The notes under the pieces were generated by a model. The model made no database searches. It was not told the origin of the DNA and saw only the letters and a list, made by a program, of their open reading frames with translations. This document shows, piece after piece, positions 47,950 to 57,466 of a stretch of DNA of 64,000 nucleotides. How positions within the stretch are numbered: the stretch's first letter is position 1; each line of letters starts with the position of its first letter. This stretch comes from Puniceicoccaceae bacterium (GTDB taxonomy: Bacteria; Verrucomicrobiota; Verrucomicrobiia; Opitutales; Oceanipulchritudinaceae): the NCBI GenBank assembly GCA_040830765.1, contig JBFOMH010000017.1, positions 160,001-224,000 on the forward strand. The letters run 5' to 3'. Both the position numbers and the translations under genes were made by a program.

Positions 47950-48540
47950 CTACGCCTCCTCGTAAACATATTGCAGGGTCTGGCTCCAGTCCTTGCCGAT
48001 TTCCCAGTGTTCGTGGATAAGGCTGCCCCCGCTGCCATATTGGTAGGTGATGGTACCAACAGGTTGACCATCCCTTTCGATGGTTCCCCTGGTGCGCTTG
48101 CCCTGGGACTCGAAGGCGAAGCTGATGATGCCGATCAGCCAACCCTTGTAGCCCTCACAAATCATGCGGGCAGCGTTGCCGTTTTCATCGTATTCGTAGC
48201 GGGTGTTACCTTCAGCGCCACTGGAATCGTTGAAGCTCTCATGACTCAATTGGCCATCCGGATTGTAGTGAAAAAGTTCCTCGGAGGTCTGGCCATCGTT
48301 GTACTCGCGCCACTTGCGGACCATGCGGCCCTCGTCGTCAAACTCGTGATGATTTTTTGAGGAGAGATTGCCGGATATCTGTTGGTAGAAGGCCATCGTA
48401 TTGCGGCCCTTCTTGTCGTAGATAAAGCGTGTCGCGGCGAGCTCACCATTGGAATTGGCATAATTTAGACAATAAACCCGTTCCACACCATCATAATAAG
48501 TGTGGTAGTAGGGAACAAGGAGGATAGCCGTTTTGCCCAT
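47950..48540 (-). CDS. Small stand-alone YD/Rhs-like repeat protein
   Basis: Recurrent F/Y.YD..G units (FIYDKKGR, HEFDDEGR, FHYNPDGQ, YEYDENGN, YQYGSGG). ATG at 48540. Confidence 0.6.
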   Translation of the reverse strand: MGKTAILLVPYYHTYYDGVERVYCLNYANSNGELAATRFIYDKKGRNTMAFYQQISGNLSSKNHHEFDDEGRMVRKWREYNDGQTSEELFHYNPDGQLSHESFNDSSGAEGNTRYEYDENGNAARMICEGYKGWLIGIISFAFESQGKRTRGTIERDGQPVGTITYQYGSGGSLIHEHWEIGKDWSQTLQYVYEEA

Positions 48541-48611
48541 GGTAGGTGGAGGGCAATCGTGGTGATGGCCGTGCCGGACAGCAACCCTAAATAGTTCGCA
48601 CACGCCCGGCC

Positions 48612-50198
48612 TCAAAGACCCCTGGCCGCGTAAATCCATGGCCAGGTGCTTGAGCCGGTCCAGAACCAGATTCCGGAAGTGTGCCGGGACCAGTAACCTT
48701 GACCGCTTTCGTAAAGGTACATCCAGCCGAGGTCCTCATGGTGGATCCATGGGTATTCGAGACCGTTGAGTGTCCCCCACCAGTTTGAAACGGTGGAACC
48801 ATCCGCTTCCATGGGAGCTGCCTGGAGGGGCTCCGGTAATTGCGGCGAGCGAACATCCATGACCAGGACCAGGTGATCCGAAATGAAGGTGTCCCCGGCC
48901 TCCAAATTCAGTTGCTCGAGAGCAGATGAAGGGAGGACGTCGGTATCGAGGATGAATGCCTTGTCACGGAAGAGGGTGGCGGGATCAAAAAGAATGAAGT
49001 CCAGGCGGCTGGAGCCCCAGAAGGAACCGAGGCTACCCCAGGTGTATTGGTCATACTCATACAAATGGCGGGGACTGGCCATCTCCAGGGGAACCAGGGA
49101 GGTCGTCAGGTCGATCAGTTCGGGGGCACGCCCACCGGAGTTCAAGTCACCACCAATGATCAGTGACTGGGGGAATGACGTGGTATCCTGAAGCCGGGTC
49201 CCCAGCAATTGAATCAGGTTGGCGGCCTCGTTGACCCGGCCAGACTCGTTCTCGCAACAAGGGAAGTGGTTGTTGGCGATCAGCAGGTCCGCCCCGATGG
49301 CTTCGCCGGTCAGGTGGCGGCTGACGATATTGCCATTGGAAGGCCAACTGTTCTCTATGGGAAAACGGCTCAGGGTGATGCAGTCATGCATGCGGGCGAT
49401 TTCCCACTGCTGGTCCGAGGCGGTTTGCAGGTTGTCCTGAAAATAACGTAGCAGAAGAGCCGTGGAGACATCGTAGAATTCCTGGAAGAGGACAATGTCC
49501 GGGTTCAGGGCCTCGAGGATGCGCAGGAAGGCAGCTTGGTTGTCCGACTTGAATGGGGCGTCGCGTAACACATTCCAGCTGACGATGCGGATGGCGCGGG
49601 GATCCTTGAAGGGATCAATCGGCATCGGCTGGACAGACAACGGCCCTTCAAGTGTGTAGGAAAACGCGGAACCTGAATCCGGGACACGATCCCGGCTGTT
49701 CTCCTCCTTGAGGATAATGTGAACAGGGTCCCGCGTCTGGGCAGCTGGAAGCGCTTCCAGACTGATGGCAATTTCATGAATGGTGGCGGATGCGTCAGGG
49801 GCAATGCGCTCGACCAGATTGCCCCGGCCGATGTCTCCCCGAGAGGTCAGCGTGCTGGTCCCCCGGTTACGGTCGAAGTCCCAGATGAAATCCATCCCGC
49901 GGCCACTGTCGGGAAATCCCGTCGCTGGATTGTCATCGGCGTCAATCAACAGGGTCAGGTCGGCGGTTCGCAGGTTAACCGGTGCGGAAAACTCCACCAG
50001 CAGGTAAAGGTTGTAGGCGTCATTGGTGGCGCTGACCCTGACAAAATCGGGTCCGGCGAGCAGGGTGTCGCTCGTGGCATCAGTCAAGGTGCTGGCATCG
50101 ATAGGCCAGTCGTCCTCAAGGCCATCGACGAGGGTCCCGTTTAACTCGCCCACTGCGAAAAGAACCAATGGAAGGATCAGCTGGTGCAGATTACCCAT
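48612..50198 (-). CDS. Endonuclease/exonuclease/phosphatase (EEP) family protein, probably exported, with a Trp-rich C-terminal module
   Basis: IRIVSWNV, PDIVLFQE, NHFPCC, IIGGDLN, SRLDFILF and SDHLVL. Short hydrophobic N-terminus; alternative start at 50243. Confidence 0.82.
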   Translation of the reverse strand: MGNLHQLILPLVLFAVGELNGTLVDGLEDDWPIDASTLTDATSDTLLAGPDFVRVSATNDAYNLYLLVEFSAPVNLRTADLTLLIDADDNPATGFPDSGRGMDFIWDFDRNRGTSTLTSRGDIGRGNLVERIAPDASATIHEIAISLEALPAAQTRDPVHIILKEENSRDRVPDSGSAFSYTLEGPLSVQPMPIDPFKDPRAIRIVSWNVLRDAPFKSDNQAAFLRILEALNPDIVLFQEFYDVSTALLLRYFQDNLQTASDQQWEIARMHDCITLSRFPIENSWPSNGNIVSRHLTGEAIGADLLIANNHFPCCENESGRVNEAANLIQLLGTRLQDTTSFPQSLIIGGDLNSGGRAPELIDLTTSLVPLEMASPRHLYEYDQYTWGSLGSFWGSSRLDFILFDPATLFRDKAFILDTDVLPSSALEQLNLEAGDTFISDHLVLVMDVRSPQLPEPLQAAPMEADGSTVSNWWGTLNGLEYPWIHHEDLGWMYLYESGQGYWSRHTSGIWFWTGSSTWPWIYAARGL

Positions 50199-50255
50199 GA
50201 CAGGTCCAGCTGGACTTTTCGTTTTGTTGGCAAACAGCCTCACCGCAACCTTACC

Positions 50256-51215
50256 TCAGGGCCAGATTTTGAGGGACTGGAGGAAGAAGGATTCCATGGC
50301 GGCATCATCCCTCATGTTTAGGGCCAGCAGCCCTGTGGTGGATTCCAATGCGGCCACGGCCCTGGCCAGGAGGCCGGCCGGGAAGGGGACGTGATGGCTC
50401 AGCTCAATCGCCGCCAGACGGGTGTTTTCCTCGACCTCGATCAGCAACTTGTCTCGGATGCCTTTCTTCAGTCCTACTTTGAGGGCTTCAATCTCCTCGT
50501 CGGTAATTGTGTCCGGAAGGGTTTCCTCCTGAAGTTTCCAGGCTGTTTCCGACTCCGCCTCCACTTGCTGGACGAAGCGGGTCACCAATCCGTAGGCTTG
50601 CAGGATGGCGCGGTCAGGATGACCGCGGGCTTCCTGAGGTTCCCGGTGCAGCCACTGGATCCAGTGACGGTAATCTTCCAGCCAGGTTGTCCATTCGGGG
50701 GAGTCGCCCGTGCGAAGAGTGGAGGGAATCTTGAACTGGAAACAACGGGAGCGAATGGTCTCCATCAATTCATAGGGACGCGTGCTCAGGAGGAGGATAA
50801 TGGTCTGCGGTGGCGGTTCCTCGAGGGTCTTGAGGAAGGCATTGGCTGCGGCGGGATTCATCCGATCGGCCTCGTAGACCACGGCGACCTTGTAACCGCC
50901 CTGGTTAGAGGTCTGGTTGAGTTCGCGAATAAGCAGCCGCATGGTATTGGGCAGCTCCTTGTTGCGCTCACCGACCTTGATGAAGCGGGCCTTGCCGGCC
51001 GGGCGAAGGGTGAAGAAGTCCGGGTGGTGGGCCGGATCGGGAGTGTTGTCGAGCAAAGCCCCGGCGATCGCATGGGCAACTTTCTCCAGGGAAGCGAGGT
51101 CCTCCCCTTTGAGGAGGATGGCATGGGCGAGGCGGCCTTTCTCGAGGTTGGCTTCCAGCGTCTGGACCGGACGCAACGAGCGCAGGCTGGCGGGCAATGA
51201 ACTCAGGCCGGGCAT
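50256..51215 (-). CDS. holB: DNA polymerase III delta' subunit
   Basis: RLAHAILLKG, HPDF, EADRMNPAAANAFLKTLEEPP and TIRSRC. It lies downstream of tmk. Confidence 0.88.
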   Translation of the reverse strand: MPGLSSLPASLRSLRPVQTLEANLEKGRLAHAILLKGEDLASLEKVAHAIAGALLDNTPDPAHHPDFFTLRPAGKARFIKVGERNKELPNTMRLLIRELNQTSNQGGYKVAVVYEADRMNPAAANAFLKTLEEPPPQTIILLLSTRPYELMETIRSRCFQFKIPSTLRTGDSPEWTTWLEDYRHWIQWLHREPQEARGHPDRAILQAYGLVTRFVQQVEAESETAWKLQEETLPDTITDEEIEALKVGLKKGIRDKLLIEVEENTRLAAIELSHHVPFPAGLLARAVAALESTTGLLALNMRDDAAMESFFLQSLKIWP

Positions 51216-51216
51216 G

Positions 51217-51864
51217 CTAGATGACGCGCTGGCGGAGTTCCTTCCAGATCTTGTTTTCCAACTCGACGCGCGGCAGCTCACCATCAACGACGATAAAGCG
51301 TTCCGGCATCGCCTTGGCCAGCATGAGATAGCCGTTGCGAACCTTCTGGTAGAACTCGATGTTCTCTTCCTCCATCCGGTCAGGCAGGTCATTGGCCCGG
51401 TGCTTGATGCGGGCCAGTCCGACTTCCGCGTCGAGGTCGATGACCACGGTGACGTCGGGAGTCATGTCACCAACGGCAAAGGTGTTGATGAAATGGACCG
51501 GCTCCGACTGGATGTTGCGGGCCACTCCCTGGTAGACGGTAGTGGAATCCATGAAGCGGTCGCAGAGGACAATTTTCCCCTCCTCGACGGCTGGCAGAAT
51601 GACTTCGCGGACGAGCTGGGCACGGCTGGCGGCGAAGAGCAGGAGCTCCGTTTCCGGAATCATGTTATCGCTCTCCGAGGCATGCATGAGAATGTGCCGG
51701 ATTTCCTCACCAATCGGCGTGCCGCCCGGTTCTCGGGTCACTACCACCTCGTAGCCGGCATCCTCGAAGCGATCCGCGATGCGGCTGATCTGGGTGGACT
51801 TGCCGCTTCCCTCCGAGCCCTCGAAGGTAATCAGGAATCCGCGTGTGTCATCGTTCTCAGTCAT
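51217..51864 (-). CDS. tmk: Thymidylate kinase
   Basis: FLITFEGSEGSGKSTQ, TREPGGT, ELLLFAASRAQ and LCDRF.DST.VYQG. Confidence 0.95.
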   Translation of the reverse strand: MTENDDTRGFLITFEGSEGSGKSTQISRIADRFEDAGYEVVVTREPGGTPIGEEIRHILMHASESDNMIPETELLLFAASRAQLVREVILPAVEEGKIVLCDRFMDSTTVYQGVARNIQSEPVHFINTFAVGDMTPDVTVVIDLDAEVGLARIKHRANDLPDRMEEENIEFYQKVRNGYLMLAKAMPERFIVVDGELPRVELENKIWKELRQRVI

Positions 51865-51872
51865 GGTCACAA

Positions 51873-53000
51873 TTAATCAGATAAAGCGCCTGAGGTCCAG
51901 CTTTCGATGAAGCGTGCGGTTTCGCTCAGGGAGGGGCTGCGGCCGGTCCGGACATACTGGCCGCTGGTGGCGACGGCCACCGCGAGGCAGCTCTCCGGAG
52001 AGAGTCCGAGGACCTCCGCGGCCGAGAAACCGGCATTGAAATGGTCCCCCGCTCCGGTGGAGATTTTCGGGTTCTTGCAGAAGGGTCCCTCGACCCACCA
52101 ACTGCCATCCTTGGTGGCACAGGCCGCGCCCTCACGTGGATGGATAACGACACAGGAAAGGTTGAGGGCATTGCGGATCCGGGTGGCTTCCGCCTTCAAG
52201 GCGTCCCCGTCACTGCCGGGTGTTTCCAGGCCGAGAACCTCAGAGACCTGCCGTGCCTCGGACCTGTTCAAGCCAAGGGTGACAAAGCCATGCGACCGAA
52301 ATCGCGAGATGACCGAAAGGACTTCCTTCAAGTCACTTTTGGAACGCTTGGCCGGATCGGTCAGGTCAAAGTAGAAGTAGCGTCCGGATTCCTTGGGGCC
52401 GAGGTTGGGGAAGACCCGCACCAGGAGGTCCTCAAAGAGGGCGGTCATGTTTGGAATCATGGTCCAGTTGACCATTGAGATGAGGTCCGCACTGTCGACG
52501 ACGTCAAGAAACGCGCCTTCACCCATGGTATCGAGGATGCGCTGGTAGGTCACATCGTCCAGGCCCTTCATGGACCCGAACATGATCTTGCCGTCATCAA
52601 ACTCCACCGCATGGGTGATGCCCGGATCGGCAATACTGGAGGCATGGTTTTTCTCGGCGAATTCCTGGAAGACCTCGTGAACCGGCAGTCCTAGCGCTCC
52701 GATATAGGAGACCTTGAGGCCTTCCGAAGCCAGCGCATTGGCCATGATAGGACCGTTGCCACCAAGCTTCTGGTAATCCTCGTAAAGTTCAATGTTGGCC
52801 GAGTGACCGGCGGCATCAAGAATCCGTTGGCCGAAGGCTTCAATGGTTGGAATGGGCTCGAAATCCTTGCCCTGGCCGTAACGGTTGCCTACCGGGCGGA
52901 TGATCTTGTCCACGAAGCCGTCAAATCCGACGAGGGCTTCCTTGGTGCCGGCCGCCGCCATCTTCTCGGTCAGTTCCTGTAATACTTTTTCTACGTTCAT
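51873..53000 (-). CDS. PfkB/ribokinase-family carbohydrate kinase
   Basis: KLGGNGPIMANAL and the C-terminal signature STGAGDHFNAGF. Confidence 0.8.
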   Translation of the reverse strand: MNVEKVLQELTEKMAAAGTKEALVGFDGFVDKIIRPVGNRYGQGKDFEPIPTIEAFGQRILDAAGHSANIELYEDYQKLGGNGPIMANALASEGLKVSYIGALGLPVHEVFQEFAEKNHASSIADPGITHAVEFDDGKIMFGSMKGLDDVTYQRILDTMGEGAFLDVVDSADLISMVNWTMIPNMTALFEDLLVRVFPNLGPKESGRYFYFDLTDPAKRSKSDLKEVLSVISRFRSHGFVTLGLNRSEARQVSEVLGLETPGSDGDALKAEATRIRNALNLSCVVIHPREGAACATKDGSWWVEGPFCKNPKISTGAGDHFNAGFSAAEVLGLSPESCLAVAVATSGQYVRTGRSPSLSETARFIESWTSGALSD

Positions 53001-53128
53001 GATTAGCTAAGGGAAATGGGATTTGAATACCAAAGGTTTTCCGTGGCGATAGGCTTGTCGAGAAAAATGCAGGTTGCCCGGACTTTTCCATTGCCGCGCA
53101 GGGGAGTGGGGCAATTATTCAGGAACGC

Positions 53129-53812
53129 ATGTTTAGTATGGATTTGGTAACGGCTTCCCTCGATCTTCCCTCGCTTGCCTTGTTGCAGGCATTTTCCCAA
53201 TCCAACCTGGCCGGCAAGGCAATCGTCTGCCTGCTTCTTATTTTCAGTCTGCTTGCCTGGACGGTGATGGTCGGCAAGTACCTTGAACTGGCCAAGTTCC
53301 GGGACCAGAACCGCTCCTTCCAGCGGCGACTCGATGCCACGGACCGGATCCTCCAGATTGATCCCCAGTTGCCGGGCGCGATGGGCCCCTACGCCCACCT
53401 CGGCCGGGAAGCGCTCACCACTTATCATGGCAGTGCTCGAAGCAATCATGCTATCGGGCATGTCGAAAACGCCATTCAGCGGGCTGTCTCGTGGTCCCTG
53501 CTGCGTTACGAAAGCCGTATGACCCTGCTTGGTTCGATTGTTTCAGGCGCTCCTTTTCTTGGTCTCCTGGGAACGGTCTGGGGCGTCATGGATGCCTTTG
53601 GCTCCATATCGGGATCGGAGGGGGCCAGTATTGCCACCCTCGCTCCGGGCGTCTCCGGTGCACTCCTGACGACCGTCGCCGGCCTCCTGGTGGCCATCCC
53701 TTCCGTTTTCGGGTACAATTACCTCCTTACCCAGGTCAAGCTGCAGATCACCGACCTGGAGAACTTCGCCAGCACCTTGGCGGACCGCGTTGAACTGGAA
53801 GCCAACGACTGA
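53129..53812 (+). CDS. MotA/TolQ/ExbB proton channel protein
   Basis: SGAPFLGLLGTVWGVM..F, LAPGVSGALLTTVAGL.VAIP and YNYL. Confidence 0.92.
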   Translation: MFSMDLVTASLDLPSLALLQAFSQSNLAGKAIVCLLLIFSLLAWTVMVGKYLELAKFRDQNRSFQRRLDATDRILQIDPQLPGAMGPYAHLGREALTTYHGSARSNHAIGHVENAIQRAVSWSLLRYESRMTLLGSIVSGAPFLGLLGTVWGVMDAFGSISGSEGASIATLAPGVSGALLTTVAGLLVAIPSVFGYNYLLTQVKLQITDLENFASTLADRVELEAND

Positions 53813-53817
53813 TTTCC

Positions 53818-54231
53818 ATGGCCCGTTCCTTCCATCGCAGCAAGCCGCTGTCGGCGATGTCCGAGCTCAACGTCACTCCGTTGATCGACCTCGCCTTTGC
53901 CTTGCTGATAATCTTCATGATCACCGCCCCGTTGCTGCAGCAGACCATTGATATTCAGGTCCCCACGGAATCCGCCCGCCCCCAGCCACAGGACCGGGAA
54001 GAGCCCCTGATGCTCTCCATTGATCCCAGCGGGCAGTTTTTCTGGGGAACGGATGCCGTCAGTGACAACGAGATGAAGTCCCGCCTGGCCCTTATGGCGG
54101 ATACCGACGAACCGCCGGTGGTCCAAATCCGGGCTGATTCGCAATTGCCTTACCAGCGGGTGGTCGACCTGCTGGACCTCGTCAAGGGGGCCGGGTTAAG
54201 CAAGATCAGCCTCGAAACCAAGGCCCGATAG
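53818..54231 (+). CDS. ExbD/TolR biopolymer transport protein
   Basis: SELNVTPLIDLAFALLIIFMITAP and IRAD..LPYQRVV.LLD. Confidence 0.92.
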   Translation: MARSFHRSKPLSAMSELNVTPLIDLAFALLIIFMITAPLLQQTIDIQVPTESARPQPQDREEPLMLSIDPSGQFFWGTDAVSDNEMKSRLALMADTDEPPVVQIRADSQLPYQRVVDLLDLVKGAGLSKISLETKAR

Positions 54232-54240
54232 GGAAAGGCC

Positions 54241-54990
54241 ATGGCCATGGAGCGCCAGACCCGGCAGTCGGTTACTATTTCCGTCCTCATTCATGGCGGT
54301 TTTGTTGCCCTTGCGCTGCTTTTCCTCTTGCTCGAGCGCTGGCTGGAGGAGCCGGAGCCAATCGTCTTTGAACTGGTCGCCGGGGCGCCTGCCCCAGTCA
54401 CCCAGGAGCGCCCGGCCGAGCCGATTGAAGAATCACCACTTGAACCGCTCGAAGTGCCGGATACGGAGCCCATCAAGCCCCTGCCGGATGTGCCCGAGTT
54501 GCCGGAACCGGAGCCTGATCCGCCGCCTGAGCCGGAACCCGAACCGGTAAAGACCATTTCCGCCGAGGAATTCTTCCGCAACCGCGACCGGCCGGACCGC
54601 GTCCAGCGGGTCCAGCAGCCCCGGACTCGACCGGTCACCGCCCCGGAAATCGAGACCAACGTCCGGGACCGCCTGTCCCAGCTCCCGGAAATCCAGATCC
54701 AGGGAGCGGAAATCGGCCAGTTTGAGAGCAATGATGCCCTCCTGCGCTACCTCGCCGCCCTCCGGCAGCAGATTCAGGCAGCCTTTGAGCCGACCGGTTC
54801 CAACCTCCAGGCGGAGGCCTATTTCACGGTCACCGCCCAAGGCCGCATCACCAATGCGCGGATCCATAAGTCATCCGGCGATGCCGCCTTCGACCGTTCT
54901 GCCATCCGCACCCTCCAGGTCGCCCGCACCCCCGGTCCGCCGCCGGGCGGCAGGGACTATACCTTCTCCCTCGTCTTCCGGAGCGAGTAG
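54241..54990 (+). CDS. TonB/TolA-like energy transducer
   Basis: N-terminal TM with S..IH, a Pro/Glu-rich linker and a C-terminal SSGD.AFD.SA domain. Confidence 0.85.
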   Translation: MAMERQTRQSVTISVLIHGGFVALALLFLLLERWLEEPEPIVFELVAGAPAPVTQERPAEPIEESPLEPLEVPDTEPIKPLPDVPELPEPEPDPPPEPEPEPVKTISAEEFFRNRDRPDRVQRVQQPRTRPVTAPEIETNVRDRLSQLPEIQIQGAEIGQFESNDALLRYLAALRQQIQAAFEPTGSNLQAEAYFTVTAQGRITNARIHKSSGDAAFDRSAIRTLQVARTPGPPPGGRDYTFSLVFRSE

Positions 54991-55001
54991 GCCGCTTCCC
55001 T

Positions 55002-55057
55002 TGGAATGCGGCGGCTTGACGCCGCCTTGCAAAGCGGCGACATGTCGCCGCACTCCA
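55002..55057. repeat. REP-like inverted doublet (REPIN-type)
   Basis: TGGAATGCGGCGGCTTGACGCCGCCTT and, inverted, TGGAGTGCGGCGACATGTCGCCGCTTT. Each is a GGAG/GGAA-headed GCGGCG..CGCCGC palindrome. Confidence 0.65.
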
Positions 55058-55124
55058 CGGAGGTTCGTTAAAAAATAAGTTGACGCCACTCATTCGCCCT
55101 CTTTGCTTTTCCTTTCCTTTTGAT

Positions 55125-55200
55125 GGGGCCGTAGCTCAGTTGGAAGAGCGCCACAATGGCATTGTGGAGGTCGACGGTTCGATCCCGTTCGGCTCCACCA
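55125..55200 (+). tRNA. tRNA-Ala (GGC)
   Basis: 76-nt cloverleaf GGGGCCG...CGGCTCC-ACCA with a G3:U70 pair, anticodon arm CCACA-ATGGCAT-TGTGG, T-loop GTTCGAT and an encoded CCA. Confidence 0.96.
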
Positions 55201-55411
55201 TCTGAGTCACCCGACTTTTTGGTAAGGTCGCCTGTTGCGTCGGCAACGTTCTGAGCAGTAAATAACAGTATCCCAGCATCGTTGCCACTTTTTGCGCCAG
55301 GCGAAGGGCCGGAGGCAGACAGGGCAGACTTTCTCGGGTAGGCAGGCCTTGCGGTGGGTCATTTTCAAAAGCAGAGGCCCCGGAATTGTTTCCCGGGGAT
55401 TGATGAAACAG

Positions 55412-57298
55412 TCAATTTCCCTGCATCGAGTGGACGGCAGCCTTTGGATGAATGACCTTCATCTCGTTCTCTCCATGAACCGTGATGGTGGTTTCTATCA
55501 GGGAACGTACCTCAGCCACACTGAGTGCGGGATCAATGGCCCAGAGCTTGGCGGCGAGGTTGGTGACATAGGGAGCGGCGAGGGAGGTCCCGGAAATCAT
55601 GGTTGGCTTGCCGCCCGGCATTTTTGTCTGAACTTCGAAGCCATTGGCATAAAGGTTGATCGACTTCCCGAAGCTGGTAAAGGATGCCGGTTCGAGCGCG
55701 GAATCAACGGCACCCACTGTGAGGACATTGGGCAGTTGGATGCCAGCTGGCATGCTGCGCACGAAATCGACGCTTTCGTCCTCATTGCCGGCGCCAGCCA
55801 CAAAGAGAATTTCCGGGGCGGATTCAAAAGCGCTGACCAAGGCGGCCAGCATGGTGTCGTAGATGGCGATGGCCCGATCCCGCCGAAGCTGCTCATCCGG
55901 TTCCACTGAGGCCAGGGATCCTTCAATCATCGGGGTGGTGACCCGCCAGCTCATGTTGACGACCCGGGCGTTGGCTTCCTTCAGGTAGTCCACGGTGCGC
56001 TGGATGTATTTGGAGAAGCTCTCGGCGTAGGCTTCATCAAACGGGTCAGGCACCGGCTTGACGTCAAAAGTGAAGCGGACATAAAGCAGGCGGGCTGCCG
56101 GATTGTCCTCAACCGAGGTGTAGGCGGTCATCGTACCATGGGAGTAGAGGCCCAAGCGGCCCAGCATCATGACATAGTCCTGGACGTCCTCCGGGGCGAG
56201 GGCGGCAATAGTCCCGCGGAGCTTGCGCGCTGCCTCACTGTCGATGTTGGCTTGTTGATCCATGGCCCCAACAATAAGATCAAGCAGATCATCAATCCGG
56301 GCCAGATCTTCTTCCGGCATCGGTTGCAGGGCGCCGGTTGAAGGCTCATTGTCGATCCCGAAGGCGATGCCGTGGATATCATCAACAAATCCATTTCCAT
56401 CGTCGTCCTGCCCGTTGGCGGTCTCGTTTTCGTTAACCCATAATCTGCCTGGGAACACAGATGGGTCCATACCGCTGTCCCAATTGCCGACCACAACCGG
56501 GGTCAGGTTTTCTGCTTCTGAAAGGTCGACCAGCCGTTCTGACCAGCGATCCGGCTTCTCAATGGTGTTTGCCTCGAGGTAGGCCATTAATGGCTCCAGG
56601 ATGGCCTGCTTTTGCTCAACCAGCTGCACGGTCCGCATGACGCCAAGGATGGTCGCCGCAAAGTCGCGGCTCACTTCCATTCCCTGTGCCTCCGCATTGG
56701 GATCCATACCGCCCATGGCATGCCCGAGGACCAGATGAGGTGTCATCATCTCAAACTGTCCCTTAAGGAACTGCAGATTGTCCTGCACCAGTTCATAATC
56801 AAGCAGCTCCAGGCGCTGGGCCAACTGCTTTGAAAATTCCTCAGCAAAACCTTCCGAATCGGCCCCTCCAGCCGCCAGGGATGCTGCTGCGTAGCTATCC
56901 GAGATGATATTGGAAACGGCCTTCTGGGCGGGCTTTGTATGGAGCGGTTTCACCTTGGCCCCCAATTCGAGGACGGCATTCCACTCGCCGCGAACGAAGG
57001 CTACGGCGTAGAGGTTGTCGTAAAAGCCCTTGAGGGCGGTTTCGTCCCCGATTTCATATTGCTCCAGAATCTCCCGGGCATCCTTTTCGACATCTGTCAA
57101 AAGAGCCTCAAGGGGAGCGCCGCCATCGTTGACTATGGCGCTGGGCATTGCCTGCAGGGAAATGAGCTTACGGGGGAGGTCGTTTACGGATTCAATCTTC
57201 ATTTTCTCTGCTTTCGCTGTGGTTGTCGTCACGGCCATGATGGCTGCCACGGCAACCAAACAGGCTGCCGGCAAGTTTCGTGTGCGTTGTCTGGTCAC
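55412..57298 (-). CDS. Secreted S8 (subtilisin-like) serine peptidase with a helical N-terminal region
   Basis: GTG at 57298 after AAGGA and a signal peptide ...AKA|E. Triad [16 protein letters not shown]; oxyanion [14 protein letters not shown] loop. Confidence 0.87.
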   Translation of the reverse strand: MTRQRTRNLPAACLVAVAAIMAVTTTTAKAEKMKIESVNDLPRKLISLQAMPSAIVNDGGAPLEALLTDVEKDAREILEQYEIGDETALKGFYDNLYAVAFVRGEWNAVLELGAKVKPLHTKPAQKAVSNIISDSYAAASLAAGGADSEGFAEEFSKQLAQRLELLDYELVQDNLQFLKGQFEMMTPHLVLGHAMGGMDPNAEAQGMEVSRDFAATILGVMRTVQLVEQKQAILEPLMAYLEANTIEKPDRWSERLVDLSEAENLTPVVVGNWDSGMDPSVFPGRLWVNENETANGQDDDGNGFVDDIHGIAFGIDNEPSTGALQPMPEEDLARIDDLLDLIVGAMDQQANIDSEAARKLRGTIAALAPEDVQDYVMMLGRLGLYSHGTMTAYTSVEDNPAARLLYVRFTFDVKPVPDPFDEAYAESFSKYIQRTVDYLKEANARVVNMSWRVTTPMIEGSLASVEPDEQLRRDRAIAIYDTMLAALVSAFESAPEILFVAGAGNEDESVDFVRSMPAGIQLPNVLTVGAVDSALEPASFTSFGKSINLYANGFEVQTKMPGGKPTMISGTSLAAPYVTNLAAKLWAIDPALSVAEVRSLIETTITVHGENEMKVIHPKAAVHSMQGN

Positions 57299-57466
57299 TG
57301 GTTTTCCTTTCGGTGCATTGGCAGTTCTTTCAGCCTGGTAACTTGGGAGAGAACGTTCGTCCGTCAATTGAGGCCACACAAAAATAATTCCTTCCCTTTG
57401 CGGCCAAGGTCACAGGGGTGAAATTAATCCGTTTACCTGCAGGCGGCCTGAGCGTCAGCCAACGAC

